From: Lingula anatina
Lineage: Eukaryota; Animalia; Brachiopoda
NCBI GenBank assembly: GCA_051362555.1
Contig: CM120644.1
Span: 14,158,567-14,222,566 of the forward strand
Length of the DNA stretch: 64,000 bases
Reading direction: 5' to 3'
The translations under genes and the position numbers were made by a program. Every line of letters begins with the position of its first letter. Within the stretch, counting starts at the first letter, position 1. Under the pieces are notes generated by a model that had not been told where the DNA came from, ran no database searches, and saw only the letters and a list, made by a program, of their open reading frames with translations. Of this stretch, positions 63,143 to 64,000 are shown piece by piece.

Positions 63143-63355
63143 GACCCCATTCCCATAGATTTTAGATCGATCTATCCCTGTGTAGATTACTGTCAGCTAA
63201 GCCGGCTTAAGCGTCTGTCGCGCCTACTAAAAGCTGTAAGGGGGAATTAACTATGGTGCGCGCTCGGCTTACTGCAATTTAGGGTGAACCTCAAGGGAGT
63301 TAGGTCGATCTAAATCTTAATCTCTGGATCGATCTAAATCTCTGGGAATGCACCC
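63143..63355 (-). mobile_element. MITE, GATCGATC family subtype A (reverse); adjacent unrelated TIR element at about 63359-63598
   Basis: Reverse complement of 5354-5579 with an internal deletion; TTT flanks. Confidence 0.75.
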
Positions 63356-64000
63356 TTTGTCTCATTTAACGTTCACTTACGGTTCTCAATCTATTCTAGA
63401 ACATTTGGTGTATTTTTACAGTTCTTATGTTGTTCTGTAATGAATGTAACAGTTGGAGAACTGTTTTTAAGAAGTCCATCAGAATGTCCTAGAACAGATT
63501 AAGAACATTTTTCATTAAGAGAGAAAAATATTATGTTCTAGGACACATAATTATATAATAATAACATAATAGAACCATAAGTGAGCGTTAAGAGAGACTA
63601 ATTTTCGCAGGGGACCTAACTACCGGTCACTGTTATTATCCAAAATAACAACCTTTCATTTCTGGCCAAAATTGAAAAAAATGCCATACGTGGCCCTTGC
63701 CAAAAATACTCAAAATCACCCAAATTGACATGTAACAACCTTCCACAGCAACTCCTAAATCAAAATGTGCCATTCACTGTATCAGTTGTAATTTGCATAA
63801 CAATAAGTCACGCACCGCAGTGAGAGCTATGCTCCTGGCTGGTCACTTGACAGCTAGACCCTGTAACAAGATGACCTGCATGGATAGAAGTGGTGAAATC
63901 ACTGTGTCGAACATTTTGTTCAGCGTTGAAGCTCGTTGTGTACATGTTTGGTGGAGCCACGGTTGAGGTAAATATGTTTTGTGAGTAAAATATGGTCTAG

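Overview
AT-rich, intron-containing animal genomic DNA. The TE landscape looks like a marine invertebrate such as a mollusc or other lophotrochozoan (inference). I assembled five spliced protein-coding models by hand from GT-AG junctions with consistent phases: (1) a 6-exon SLC14-family urea transporter (+, 1159-9402, 430 aa) in which both conserved pore threonines are substituted; (2) a 6-exon Group-4/tetraopsin-like opsin (-, 26791-14139, 498 aa) that keeps the Schiff-base Lys but has lost several class-A GPCR switch residues; (3) the first coding exon of an alpha-neurexin-like gene (+, 43802-44534; signal peptide, LamG, EGF), with no further neurexin exon visible in the window; (4) an IFI27/ISG12-like gene (-, about 50.3-51.5 kb) built partly from duplicated exons; (5) a CSGalNAcT-like glycosyltransferase (+, 56723-59651, 450 aa). 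Genes 4 and 5 appear to be nested in the neurexin intron. The non-coding DNA holds about a dozen related fold-back Harbinger/Tourist-like MITEs, two Helentron-type elements with 161-bp internal repeats, L2 and RTE LINE remnants, a Penelope-like inverted repeat with a hammerhead-type core, and many micro/minisatellites. I saw no rRNA, tRNA or CRISPR features.
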